This document shows, piece after piece, positions 53,314 to 63,220 of a DNA stretch of 64,000 nucleotides. The translations under genes were made by a program, and so were the position numbers. Within the stretch, counting starts at the first letter, position 1. Each line of letters starts with the position of its first letter. The DNA is from Bacilli bacterium (GTDB taxonomy: Bacteria > Bacillota_I > Bacilli_A > RFN20 > CAG-826), in contig JBGUXN010000002.1 in assembly GCA_045222195.1 (NCBI GenBank), positions 17,659 through 81,658 of the forward strand. The letters are read 5' to 3'. Below the pieces are notes generated by a model. It did not search any database, had not been told where the DNA came from, and worked only from the letters and a program-made list of their open reading frames with translations.

Positions 53314-56300
53314 ATGGATGTTTTAGAATTACTTAACCATTACCGTTTAGAATCGCTTAATGATAAAGAGAAAGAACTCTTTACCTATTTTGGTTATAGC
53401 TACTCTATTGAAAACGATGAGAATAACCACCCTAATTTCCACATTTCTTTATTCTCTAAGATTTCTAGAATATCCGTGATTGACTTCATCGTTTCCTATA
53501 AAGGCATGATTTCCTATAGCTGTCAAATCTGTAGAGATAAACAACCTTGCTATCATTTCTCCATCTTAGTGACTAAGTTACTTAATGATGAATACGAACA
53601 AATCAAAGCGTTATCTGAAAGATTTAACTATGAAGTAGGGGATGTTGATCGCAGAGAACAACAAGCCGCTTTTGATTATGAATTAGAACAAGTCTTTAAA
53701 GAAATTAGAAAAGAAGACATCGCTAAATCATCCACAAAAGCGAGACTTAAAATCTATTTAGAAGATACACGCTTCTCTTATTCTGTGAATCTTACTATCG
53801 CAAAAGGTAAAGAATACCGTATCGCCTCCATTGATAGATTTTTAAATAGATTCGATAATGAAGAAGAATTTAGATATGGTAAAGACCTCACAATAGTGCA
53901 CCGTCTTTCATCATTTGATGAAACAAGCCAAAAGATTCTTAAGATTCTCGGAGAAACTGAACAAAACGCTTTCATTGATTTAAATAACGAAGAATCTTTG
54001 AATTACTTAGATAAATTATTAGACGCTTTAAGCGATGACTATCTATATATCAATAACGAAGTTTATCATGTCGAAAAAGACACAATGGATATCAAGATTG
54101 TGGCGAATGATAACTATTCTTTAAGCGTGAAAGGCCTTATCAAAGGCTATATCCCATTAACCAGAAACTATTACATTTGTAAATCAGCGAATAGTGTGAA
54201 ACCAATCACCAATAATAGATACATTAACTATCTCGTAGATTCTGTGATCAATTATCCACTTAGTACAGTTAGAGATAACTTTGATAACTTTAAATATTCA
54301 TTCTTTGAAAAATATCCAGAGTTCTTTGAACTATCTGATGAAATCAAAGAGTTAATGAATACATCTTCTTTGAAGATAGAAGCTTATTTTGATTACGATA
54401 AAGATAATGTCTATGAAAAAACTAGATATTTAAAAAATGAAGAAGAAATCGATCCTAACAAGGTCACTAACTTCTATGAAGTTTCTCAAATCAAACACTA
54501 TCAAGAAATCTTATCTAGTTATGGTTTCTTTGATCATGTTTTAACCGATGGTGGTCAAGTCTGGGATTTCTTGAATAGCACTTTAGATAACTTACGCGCT
54601 GTTGCGACACTCTTCTTCTCTAAAGACTTAGAAAATAGAAACACATCATTATTTAGTTCGCCTTCCATTAGCGTCAAAAAAGAAGGTTCAATGTTATCGG
54701 TTCTCGTAGATAGCAGCGCTTATTCCGATGAAGAACTCAAAGCTATCTTAATTGGACTAAAACGCAAAAAGAAATTTGTGAAGATTGGTGATAACTTCAT
54801 CTCACTTTTAAGTGATGATACGAAGAAGTTCTATGACTTCGCTAAAGATTTTGACCTTATTAGTGAAAACTCCCTCAATAAGAAAAAAGAAGTACCTTTG
54901 TACTATGCTTTCAAGGCCTATGGACAAGATAATTCCTTCTTATCAATGGATAGTTATTTAGATGACATCTTCACTGATTTAAAGAATTTCTCAGATTCTA
55001 AACTTGAAATCGCTAAGATTAACGGGGAACTTAGACCATATCAAGTCGATGGTGTGAAGTGGCTTGCCACTTTATATAAATACTCTTTAGGCGGCATCCT
55101 CGCTGATGACATGGGTTTAGGTAAAACCATCGAAACAATAGCCTTTATCAATACAATTAAAACCGATAAACCGATTCTTGTCGTCTCCCCTAAATCCTTA
55201 GTGTTCAACTGGGTCAGTGAATTTAATAAATTCGCTAAAGATATACCAGTCTATCCAATCATTGGCACAGTGGAGGAACGTAAGAAGATTATTAAGAAAA
55301 TCAAAAACGATAAATTCGGTGTCTATTTCATCTCTTATGATTCATTAAGAAATGAATATGAAAATCTTTTAGATTTTACTTTTGATTTAGTCATCTTAGA
55401 TGAAGCCCAATTCATCAAGAACATGCATGCGAAAAAGACTAACGCTGTTAAGCAGATTAATGCCTTGCACACAATTGCGTTAACTGGCACCCCAATTGAA
55501 AATAACATCTATGACTTATGGAGTATCTTTGATTTCTTAATGCCGCATTACTTATTAGACTATGAAGACTTCAAAGATTCTTATGAATCAGATGAAGAAT
55601 ACGTGAAGATCGTGAAGAGTAAAGTTGCTCCATTCATCTTAAGAAGAAGAAAAGAAGATGTCTTAAAAGACTTACCAGAAAAATTCGAAGTCATCATGAC
55701 AACAGAAATGTCTCAAGAACAAAGAAAACTTTATGATGCCTTTAGACTTAAAGCTAAAGAAGAACTCAAATCCAAAGATGGTGGTTCTCACGTCATGGAA
55801 GTCTTATCAATTATCACAAGACTTAGACAAATCTGCGTTGATCCTTCTACATTTGTCGAAAACTTCACTGGTGAATCGGGTAAAATCACCATGCTTAAAG
55901 AAATCGTGGAAAGAAAAATGGCGGAAGGCCATAGGTTCCTAATCTTCTCGCAATTCGTGTCCGCTTTAAACATCGTTAAAGAAGAAATAGAAAAGATGGG
56001 TATCAAATATTTCATGATTACTGGTGATACAAGCGCGAAAGATAGACTTGCTATCTGCAACGAATTTAACGATAACGAAGATTATAAAGTCGTCTTAATT
56101 TCATTAAAAGCAGGCGGTACTGGTCTTAACTTAGTGGGCGCTGATGTGGTCATCCATCTTGACCCATGGTGGAATTACTCCGCTCAAAATCAAGCTAGTG
56201 ATAGAGCGCACCGTATCGGTCAAACTAGAACCGTGGAAGTCATTAAACTCATCGCTGAAAACTCTATCGAAGAAAGAGTGGTCTCTCTTCAAGATGAAAA

Positions 56301-56391
56301 GAAAGAACTCGTTGATAAAGTCATTTCTAACGATGATTCCTCTATTAAGAAACTCTCTATTAAGGATTTGAAATCAATTTTGAGCTTATAA
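53314..56391 (+). CDS. SNF2-family helicase with an N-terminal SWIM-like finger (YwqA-like)
   Basis: CQICRDKQPCYH; ADDMGLGKT (I), DEAQFIKN (II), LTGTPIEN (III), SLKAGGTGLNL (V), DPWWNYSAQNQASDRAHRIGQ (VI). Confidence 0.9.
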   Translation: MDVLELLNHYRLESLNDKEKELFTYFGYSYSIENDENNHPNFHISLFSKISRISVIDFIVSYKGMISYSCQICRDKQPCYHFSILVTKLLNDEYEQIKALSERFNYEVGDVDRREQQAAFDYELEQVFKEIRKEDIAKSSTKARLKIYLEDTRFSYSVNLTIAKGKEYRIASIDRFLNRFDNEEEFRYGKDLTIVHRLSSFDETSQKILKILGETEQNAFIDLNNEESLNYLDKLLDALSDDYLYINNEVYHVEKDTMDIKIVANDNYSLSVKGLIKGYIPLTRNYYICKSANSVKPITNNRYINYLVDSVINYPLSTVRDNFDNFKYSFFEKYPEFFELSDEIKELMNTSSLKIEAYFDYDKDNVYEKTRYLKNEEEIDPNKVTNFYEVSQIKHYQEILSSYGFFDHVLTDGGQVWDFLNSTLDNLRAVATLFFSKDLENRNTSLFSSPSISVKKEGSMLSVLVDSSAYSDEELKAILIGLKRKKKFVKIGDNFISLLSDDTKKFYDFAKDFDLISENSLNKKKEVPLYYAFKAYGQDNSFLSMDSYLDDIFTDLKNFSDSKLEIAKINGELRPYQVDGVKWLATLYKYSLGGILADDMGLGKTIETIAFINTIKTDKPILVVSPKSLVFNWVSEFNKFAKDIPVYPIIGTVEERKKIIKKIKNDKFGVYFISYDSLRNEYENLLDFTFDLVILDEAQFIKNMHAKKTNAVKQINALHTIALTGTPIENNIYDLWSIFDFLMPHYLLDYEDFKDSYESDEEYVKIVKSKVAPFILRRRKEDVLKDLPEKFEVIMTTEMSQEQRKLYDAFRLKAKEELKSKDGGSHVMEVLSIITRLRQICVDPSTFVENFTGESGKITMLKEIVERKMAEGHRFLIFSQFVSALNIVKEEIEKMGIKYFMITGDTSAKDRLAICNEFNDNEDYKVVLISLKAGGTGLNLVGADVVIHLDPWWNYSAQNQASDRAHRIGQTRTVEVIKLIAENSIEERVVSLQDEKKELVDKVISNDDSSIKKLSIKDLKSILSL

Positions 56392-56521
56392 ATCGCATAA
56401 ATAACACATTCTAATTTGTTATTTGTCATATTTTTATACACCTATAAATGCAAAAATGAATCAAGTGAGCAATGTTTTAAATTTAATTTGATTTATTTCA
56501 TTGTGGTTAAGGAGACAAACT

Positions 56522-58099
56522 ATGATCTTAGAAAAATGTGTTATTGGTATTGAATTTGGTTCCACCAACATCAAAGCGGTGATGCTTGATGAAAATCATG
56601 AAATTATCGCAAGCAATGATTATTCTTGGGAATCAACATTAAAAAACGGCATTTGGATTTATACATTAGAACAAGCCAAAATCGGTTTAGCGGATTGCTA
56701 TGCTGGTTTAAAAAAGAAATTTGAAACCAAATATCGTAAACCATTAAGCAAAGTGGGTGCGATCGGTATTTCTGGTATGATGCATGGTTACCTCGTCTTT
56801 GATAAGAATGGTAAACAACTCGCAGAATTCAGAACCTGGAAGAATACCATTTGCCCAGACGCTCAAGATCAATTAAGCGCATTATTTAATTTCAATGTTC
56901 CACAACGTTGGAGTGTTTCTCATATTTATCAAGCAATCCTTAACGGAGAAAAAGAAGTGAAAGACATCGTCTTTGCCACAACTCTCGCAGGTTATTTCCA
57001 TTATTTATTAACCGGTCAAAAGGTTTTGGGCGCTAACGATGCTTCTGGTATGTTCCCGTTAGATAAGAACACCAAAGACTATGACGCTGAAATGGTGGAG
57101 AAATTCAATGACTTAGTCAAAGACAAAGTCCCATGGAAGATTTTAGATATCTTACCAAAATGCATGGTCGCTGGTGAACACGCTGGCAAATTAACTAAAG
57201 AAGGTGCTCTATTAATCGACCCAAGTGGTGTCCTTCAAGCTGGCATTCCATTCTGTCCACCAGAAGGCGATATGGGTACAGGTATGATTGCCACTAACTC
57301 CGTTAGAGTGGGCTATGGTAACTCTTCCTTAGGTACATCTGGCAATATTACTTTAGTAACAGATAAAGACATCGCTATGAATAAAGAAATCGACGTCATC
57401 GCTTCTCCAAGTGGTGTTCCAGCGGTTTTGGTCCATGAAAATAACTGCACAACCGATATTAATGCCTGGGTTGAATTATTACACCAAGCTATCGTTTTAG
57501 CGGGTGGTTCCATCCAAAGAGGCGAACTCTTTATAAGATTATTTAACAAATCCTTAGAGGGTGAAGTTGACGCTGGTGGTCTCATTTCATTCAACTATTT
57601 CTCTGGTGAAGCCGCAGTCGGTGTCCAAGAAGGTAGGCCGTTATTCGTTCGTGAACCAGACGCTAAACTCTCATTAGCGAATTTCATGAAAGCCCATATC
57701 TTAGGTATTTTAGCAACCCTCCGTATTGGTTTAGATATCTTAATCAAACAAGGTGTGGAAGTTAATAAAATCTATGGCCATGGTGGTTTCTTCAAAACAC
57801 CAGTGGTTGGTGCTAAAGCCTTAAGTGCCGCTCTTAACGCTCCGGTTGCTACTTTAAGTAGTGCGGGCGAAGGTGGCCCATATGGTGAAGCCTTACTCGC
57901 TGCCTATATGATTGAAAAAGAAAGAGGCGAAACATTAGAAGATTATTTACAAAATGAAATCTTCGCTAATACTAAAGAAGATGTTGCTGTGGCTTCTAAA
58001 GAAGAAGTTGATGGCTTCAATAAATTCTTAGATAGATATAAAGCGGCTGTGCCAGTGGAAGTAGCGGCTGTTAAAAACGTTAAAGGACAACATAACTAA
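56522..58099 (+). CDS. FGGY-family carbohydrate kinase
   Basis: AAGGAGA SD. GIEFGSTNIKAV, GISGMMHG, HGGFFKTP. Confidence 0.8.
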   Translation: MILEKCVIGIEFGSTNIKAVMLDENHEIIASNDYSWESTLKNGIWIYTLEQAKIGLADCYAGLKKKFETKYRKPLSKVGAIGISGMMHGYLVFDKNGKQLAEFRTWKNTICPDAQDQLSALFNFNVPQRWSVSHIYQAILNGEKEVKDIVFATTLAGYFHYLLTGQKVLGANDASGMFPLDKNTKDYDAEMVEKFNDLVKDKVPWKILDILPKCMVAGEHAGKLTKEGALLIDPSGVLQAGIPFCPPEGDMGTGMIATNSVRVGYGNSSLGTSGNITLVTDKDIAMNKEIDVIASPSGVPAVLVHENNCTTDINAWVELLHQAIVLAGGSIQRGELFIRLFNKSLEGEVDAGGLISFNYFSGEAAVGVQEGRPLFVREPDAKLSLANFMKAHILGILATLRIGLDILIKQGVEVNKIYGHGGFFKTPVVGAKALSAALNAPVATLSSAGEGGPYGEALLAAYMIEKERGETLEDYLQNEIFANTKEDVAVASKEEVDGFNKFLDRYKAAVPVEVAAVKNVKGQHN

Positions 58100-59061
58100 T
58101 GGAATTCAACTGGTGTTTCATTGGAACAGGTAAAATAGCGAACAAAGTCGCTAAAGAATTAGTGACCAATCCCGGTCATAAAATCGTTTCTGTTTTCAAT
58201 CGCACCAAAGAAAAAGCGGAAAAATTCGCTCTTAAATACCGCTGTAAGGTTTATGACAGCGCTTTTGAGGCGATCAACGATCCACGTGTTGATGGTGTTT
58301 ATATTGCGACCACGAACGAAACCCATCTTGAGTTTGCTAAACTTTGCTTATATAACAGTATTCCAGTCTTATGTGAAAAGCCCATTACTGGTAATGCTTT
58401 AGAATTAAGAAAACTTATTAAGATAAGTGAAAGCAATGAAACATTCTTAAAAGAAGCGATGTGGACATGGTTTAACCCTGTCGCTCATAAAGTCAAAGAA
58501 TGGATCAAAGAAGAAAAAATAGGCAAGATTCAATCCGTAGAATGCATTTTTAATATGCCAATATTCGGCTATAACAAGGCTAAAGGTAGATATATTTCTC
58601 CTGCAAGATATGGAGGAGCCCTCCTTGATTTAGGGGTTTATCCAGTGAGATATGTCTATGAACTATTTGGCAAGCCTCAATCAATTGAAGCAAAAGGTAA
58701 ACTCTATAACGGTATAGATGTCTGGAATGAATCAATCTTTGATTATGGTGATTTCAAAGCCAAAGTCAGCAGTCAAATCAACGCTCTCGTCGGCGAACAC
58801 TGCATCATCAAAGGTGAAAAGGGCATGATTAAGGTGCCGTTATTCCATATGGCAAGTAAAGCCGTCCTAAAAACCAATGAAGGCAAAGAAGTCTTTAAAG
58901 ATAAAAATAAAAAGTTTGCTACACAGTTCCGTGTGGTCGCGGAAATGATCAAAGGTCAAAGGCCAAATGACATGGTGACATTAGAATCATCTCTAGATGT
59001 CATGGAATTAATGGATGAAATTAGAAAACAAATCGGAGTCATCTTCCCTTGCGATGAATAA
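58099..59061 (+). CDS. Gfo/Idh/MocA-family oxidoreductase
   Basis: FIGTGKIANK Rossmann start, LCEKP motif. TAATG overlap with the kinase gene. Confidence 0.8.
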   Translation: MEFNWCFIGTGKIANKVAKELVTNPGHKIVSVFNRTKEKAEKFALKYRCKVYDSAFEAINDPRVDGVYIATTNETHLEFAKLCLYNSIPVLCEKPITGNALELRKLIKISESNETFLKEAMWTWFNPVAHKVKEWIKEEKIGKIQSVECIFNMPIFGYNKAKGRYISPARYGGALLDLGVYPVRYVYELFGKPQSIEAKGKLYNGIDVWNESIFDYGDFKAKVSSQINALVGEHCIIKGEKGMIKVPLFHMASKAVLKTNEGKEVFKDKNKKFATQFRVVAEMIKGQRPNDMVTLESSLDVMELMDEIRKQIGVIFPCDE

Positions 59062-59107
59062 GAGATGTTTTATAATTATAAAATAGAGAAACTGAGAGGA
59101 AATTATT

Positions 59108-59470
59108 ATGCCAGCAAAGAAACCTGCCCCAAAGAAAGCTGAACCAAAGAAAGCCGCTAAACCAGCACCAGCGAAAAAAGCCGCTCCTGCTAAAAAAGCA
59201 GAACCAGCCAAAAAGCCAGCCGCTAAACCAGCTGCCAAGAAACCAGAACCAAAGAAAGCCGCTCCAAGCGCTAATGCTTCATACCATCTTTCCAAGAGAG
59301 AAGATGGCAAATGGCAACTCTTCATCACCGGTAGTGACAAAGTAATTAAAACATTCGCCACCAAAGCGGAAGGCGAAGCCTATGCCAAAGAAAAAGCCGC
59401 CAATACTGGTCGTGCTGTCTTAGCCCATAACTCTAAAGGTGCTAATAAAGGCAAAATTAAAAAGAAATAA
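59108..59470 (+). CDS. Histone-H1-like Lys/Ala/Pro-rich protein with a DUF2188-like C-terminal domain
   Basis: PAKKPAPKKAEPKKAAKPAPAKKAAPAKKAEPAKKPAAKPAAKKPEPKKAAP, then YHLSKREDGKWQLFITGSDKVIKTFATKAEGEAYAKEKA. Confidence 0.7.
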   Translation: MPAKKPAPKKAEPKKAAKPAPAKKAAPAKKAEPAKKPAAKPAAKKPEPKKAAPSANASYHLSKREDGKWQLFITGSDKVIKTFATKAEGEAYAKEKAANTGRAVLAHNSKGANKGKIKKK

Positions 59471-60255
59471 TGTCAAAAAAACTCATCTGCCTTGATATGG
59501 ATGGTACCGTCTATCTAGGGGACCATTTATTTAAAGGCGCCAAAGAAACATTCGAATATTTTAAAGCTAACGATATTTCGTTTGTTTTTTTGACTAACAA
59601 TTCTTCGCATTCATTACCTTTCTATGTTGAGAAGATCAAAAAGATGGGTATTGAATGTAGTGAAGACAATTTCTATTCCTCAATTGAAACTACAATTCGA
59701 TATTTAGAATCACGCCATATTAAAAACATCTACGTATTAGGGGTAAAAACGTTCAAAGACGAACTTAAAAAGCATTTTAATGTATTTGAGCAGTACGATG
59801 AAAAAAACGTCCCAGAAGTTGTTTTAGCCTCATTTGATACTGAATTAGTCTATGTAGAATTAAAGACCGCTTGCTTATATATCCAAAAAGGTAGTGAATT
59901 TATCGCCACCAATATGGATTATCGTTGCCCAATCGAAGATGGCTTATATATCCCAGATTGTGGTGGTCTTTGTAAGTGGATTGAAATGTGCACCGATAAG
60001 AAACCATTGTTCCTTGGCAAACCTGAACCTACGATGATCTATCAAGTGATGGAAAAGTTTGGTGTTAGTAAAGAAGAAACAATGATGGTGGGCGATCGTT
60101 ACTACACCGATATCGTTGCGGGTATTAATGCAGGTGTTGATACAGTCGCGGTCTTAAGTGGAGAAACTTCCTTAGAAGAATTTAAAAAAGCAGATAAAAA
60201 GCCGACGTATATTATTGATTCAATCGCCGACTTAATAAAGTTATTAGAAAAATAA
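59470..60255 (+). CDS. HAD-IIA family phosphatase (NagD-like)
   Basis: LDMDGTVY, LTNNS, LGKPEP, VGDRYYTDI. Confidence 0.85.
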   Translation: MSKKLICLDMDGTVYLGDHLFKGAKETFEYFKANDISFVFLTNNSSHSLPFYVEKIKKMGIECSEDNFYSSIETTIRYLESRHIKNIYVLGVKTFKDELKKHFNVFEQYDEKNVPEVVLASFDTELVYVELKTACLYIQKGSEFIATNMDYRCPIEDGLYIPDCGGLCKWIEMCTDKKPLFLGKPEPTMIYQVMEKFGVSKEETMMVGDRYYTDIVAGINAGVDTVAVLSGETSLEEFKKADKKPTYIIDSIADLIKLLEK

Positions 60256-60277
60256 AAGCCGAACTCAATCGGCTTTT
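60254..60277. terminator. Bidirectional terminator
   Basis: AAAAGCCGA (60254-60262) pairs with TCGGCTTTT (60269-60277). Confidence 0.8.
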
Positions 60278-60281
60278 CTAG

Positions 60282-60797
60282 TTATTCAGAATAGGAATAC
60301 TCAACGGTTTTAACAACGGATTTCACAGAATTTAAATCTGTGTTTTTGCTATATCTATATGTCGCTAAACCATCTGCGTTGTATTTATATTCAATTTCAA
60401 CTTGGTCACTGGAACTCTTATAAGATGCGGTAATTCTGAAATCTTTATTTGAACCATAGAATTTGAACACGCTATCAACCTCTTTATCTAATAAGGCAGC
60501 GGCTAATTGACAAGATTTAACATCAGGAATGATATCTAAGGTGTTGGTACCTGTACCATCATCTTCGGTCCATACGCCATCGATCAAGACATAGTCTTTG
60601 GTTGACTTTGTACCATCGTTATCTGTCACTGCGTGACATTTGGTGACGGTATAAGAAAAGTGTTTATCTGCGAGCAACGCTCTAAAATCATCGTAGTTAT
60701 ATTGTTTTTCACCTTTTAATAGGCCTTCGATAAAATCGCAGCCTGTTAAGGATAATGTGCCGAGTGCGGCTAAAGCAACTAATAGTAATTTCTTCAT
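60282..60797 (-). CDS. Lipoprotein, unknown function
   Basis: Lipobox LTGC. GAGGTAACC SD region. Confidence 0.65.
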   Translation of the reverse strand: MKKLLLVALAALGTLSLTGCDFIEGLLKGEKQYNYDDFRALLADKHFSYTVTKCHAVTDNDGTKSTKDYVLIDGVWTEDDGTGTNTLDIIPDVKSCQLAAALLDKEVDSVFKFYGSNKDFRITASYKSSSDQVEIEYKYNADGLATYRYSKNTDLNSVKSVVKTVEYSYSE

Positions 60798-60857
60798 AAT
60801 GGTTACCTCTTTTTCTATAAAAAAGATTATACTACTCCCACTTATTATTTGTAAAAT

Positions 60858-60894
60858 TTTGACAAATATTTGAAATTTATGACAAAAATTTGAA
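60858..60894 (+). promoter_or_regulatory. Two 17-nt direct repeats (TTTGACAAATATTTGAA / TATGACAAAAATTTGAA), 20 bp apart
   Basis: 60858-60874 and 60878-60894 match at 15 of 17 positions, directly upstream of the AraC gene. Confidence 0.5.
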
Positions 60895-60907
60895 TAATAT
60901 AGTAAGT

Positions 60908-61768
60908 ATGAGTGTCAAAACTGCCCACGCTGTCACAGTGGATGAGCTAGGTAAATATGATTTCATATTTTCTCTCAATCATTTTTCGATTGCTAAAAAT
61001 GTTATTAGAGATAAACCTATCGTGTTAAATGCTTTTAAGCACACTCACGATGAATATGAATTTATCATCCCTTTAACCACAATTCCGTTGCTCTATTACG
61101 CCAAAGCGAATTATATCGGTGAAGTGGGCTTTTGCTATCCAGTTAATCCATATGTGGAGCATGGTATTGAAGTAGAACTTCATTCTAGAGTTATTTCTAT
61201 TTCTGTCGACAAAGAATATTTAGATGATGTGAAAAAGGAACTAGGTTTTGAAGGCAAATACTTCTATACCCGTTTCATGTATAAGAAACCACTTCTTGAT
61301 TTAATCGATCTATTTGAACAAGAATACAAAAATGAAGAATCTTCAAGGATTAAGAAATTAAATGATATTTCTCGTCAAATTGTTTCTATGCTTATTAAGT
61401 TAGGTTTGCAAAGCGGGGAAGATAACCGTCGTCCAGAAAAACAATACATTAAGAACATGAAGAATGTCCTTCTCTATATCGAAGATAACTTTAAAGATCC
61501 AGAATTAAACATCGCTAAAATCGCTGAATACAGTGGTTATTCTCTCGCCTATTTTACAAAAGCTTTTAAGTTATACATGAACGACACCCCAATTATGCAT
61601 TTAAATAAGAGAAGAATTAGTCACGCTAAAGCGTTACTGCAAAAACCAGATTTATCTCTTTCTGAAATCGCTAAAATGAGTGGTTATAAAAACCTCTCCA
61701 CCTTTACTGAAGCTTTTAAAAGAGTGATGGGGATGTTACCAACTGAATATAAGAAGAAATATTTATAG
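60908..61768 (+). CDS. AraC-family transcriptional regulator
   Basis: C-terminal double HTH (IAKIAEYSGYSLAYFTKAFK...LSEIAKMSGYKNLSTFTEAFKRVMGMLPTEY). ATG 60908 is preferred over TTG 60890. Confidence 0.8.
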   Translation: MSVKTAHAVTVDELGKYDFIFSLNHFSIAKNVIRDKPIVLNAFKHTHDEYEFIIPLTTIPLLYYAKANYIGEVGFCYPVNPYVEHGIEVELHSRVISISVDKEYLDDVKKELGFEGKYFYTRFMYKKPLLDLIDLFEQEYKNEESSRIKKLNDISRQIVSMLIKLGLQSGEDNRRPEKQYIKNMKNVLLYIEDNFKDPELNIAKIAEYSGYSLAYFTKAFKLYMNDTPIMHLNKRRISHAKALLQKPDLSLSEIAKMSGYKNLSTFTEAFKRVMGMLPTEYKKKYL

Positions 61769-63112
61769 TTGAGCGATATGTCTATTAACAAATAAGACCA
61801 CTGTTAATAAACAGAGACCCGCTGCACAAGCAATAAGTAACCAGCTTGGTCCAAACGCACTAATCACTAAACCGGCTAATAAATTAGATAAAGGAATTAA
61901 ACCTTGAGAACCAACGTCAGTGACGCTGCTTACTTTTCCTAATTTATCTTTTTCGACGAGGGTCATTAATTTTGTGCTTGTTGGAATATTAATGGCTGGT
62001 AAAGTTAAGCCCATACCAAACGCACCAGTCATAAAGATAATTAACATGACGTTGATATCGAATGTGCCATTAGCAAAGAACATGTAAGCAGCGGCTAATA
62101 TGGCAAATAAAACATCAAAAATAATAAATGCTATACGTAAACCATTAATGACCTTTTCTTTTTGTGGTCTTGTGGAAATGATGACCGCCATAATGATCAT
62201 GCCAAGAGCGAACACTACAGAAACAATGGAGTTCCACATTTCTGGTTCCATGATGTCTTTAAACATGTAATTAGATGAAGCAACATCAGTGGCAATGAAA
62301 TAAGGTAAGAAATTGCTCGTTAATGGGGCAAAGAAGAAATTGATAAAAAGAATAGTAATGATTAACGATAAGAGCATCTTGAAATTGAAGATATATTTAA
62401 GACCAATACCGATATCAGAGAAAACCGTCTTAACCGTTAACTTATCTTCTTTCTTTTGATAATCATACTTAATAAACATTTCTGAGATAGCGCTTAATAT
62501 ATAGCAGCCACCCACAATCATGAACAATATATTCACCGGAAGAATGCTATAAAGAATACCCGCTAGGATAATACCTAAAATAGAAATGCTACTTTGCATG
62601 ACTGAATAATAGGATTGGGCCTGTTGTAATGATTTTTCAGGCACAATATGTGGTAATAATGAAGCGGAAGATGGGGCAAATATCGCCGCGATAGCGTTAC
62701 CTAATATCGCAATGACAAATAAGACAATGACTTTCGCAGTGTTGTCTTTACACAAAAGCATCATCACTAATGTTAAAGAAATAATTACTGCGCCTTTAAG
62801 GTAGTCACATATCGACATGATTTTACCTTTATGGAATCTATCAGAGATAACTCCACCAAACAAAGTCACTAAAACATAGGTAATTCCGCCTGCGGCTAAA
62901 TAAATACCTTGAATAGCGGCGTTATTATCAGTGAGCTTTAAAATATAAAAACTAACTGCAAAACCATATAAAAGATTACCTAAATTAGAAACAAGCGCGC
63001 CTAAAAAGGTCAAGACGTAGTCCCTATTAGTGAAGACATTCTTTGGTTTTTCTTCAACTACTGGTTCTTGTTTTGCTTCTTCTTCGATAATGACTTGTTC
63101 TTCGTTTTCCAT
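61763..63112 (-). CDS. MFS transporter
   Basis: 12 helices and SDRFHKGK-type loop 2-3. The start is probably the MENEEQ... ATG at 63112; the ORF track extends to 63136. Confidence 0.75.
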   Translation of the reverse strand: MENEEQVIIEEEAKQEPVVEEKPKNVFTNRDYVLTFLGALVSNLGNLLYGFAVSFYILKLTDNNAAIQGIYLAAGGITYVLVTLFGGVISDRFHKGKIMSICDYLKGAVIISLTLVMMLLCKDNTAKVIVLFVIAILGNAIAAIFAPSSASLLPHIVPEKSLQQAQSYYSVMQSSISILGIILAGILYSILPVNILFMIVGGCYILSAISEMFIKYDYQKKEDKLTVKTVFSDIGIGLKYIFNFKMLLSLIITILFINFFFAPLTSNFLPYFIATDVASSNYMFKDIMEPEMWNSIVSVVFALGMIIMAVIISTRPQKEKVINGLRIAFIIFDVLFAILAAAYMFFANGTFDINVMLIIFMTGAFGMGLTLPAINIPTSTKLMTLVEKDKLGKVSSVTDVGSQGLIPLSNLLAGLVISAFGPSWLLIACAAGLCLLTVVLFVNRHIAQL

Positions 63113-63189
63113 ATGTTGCCAATAGTGTATCCACAAAAAGAAACTTAAACAAGCAAGTCTAGTTGGAATTTACGCTACTATCAGTTGCA

Positions 63190-63218
63190 AAAGCAAAATA
63201 AAAGGGCCGAAGCCCTCA
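63190..63218 (-). terminator. Rho-independent terminator of the GDPD gene
   Basis: On the minus strand: GAGGGC ttcg GCCCTT followed by TTATTTT. Confidence 0.6.
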
Positions 63219-63220
63219 TA

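Noticed and set aside
50948-56391. Prophage or mobile-element call based on the ORF6N gene
   Set aside because: There are no integrase, recombinase, terminase or capsid genes, no flanking direct repeats or tRNA, and no compositional break visible by eye.
59008-59364. 118-aa Gly/Ala/Phe-rich minus-strand ORF
   Set aside because: It is the antisense shadow of the AKP-rich H1-like coding repeat.
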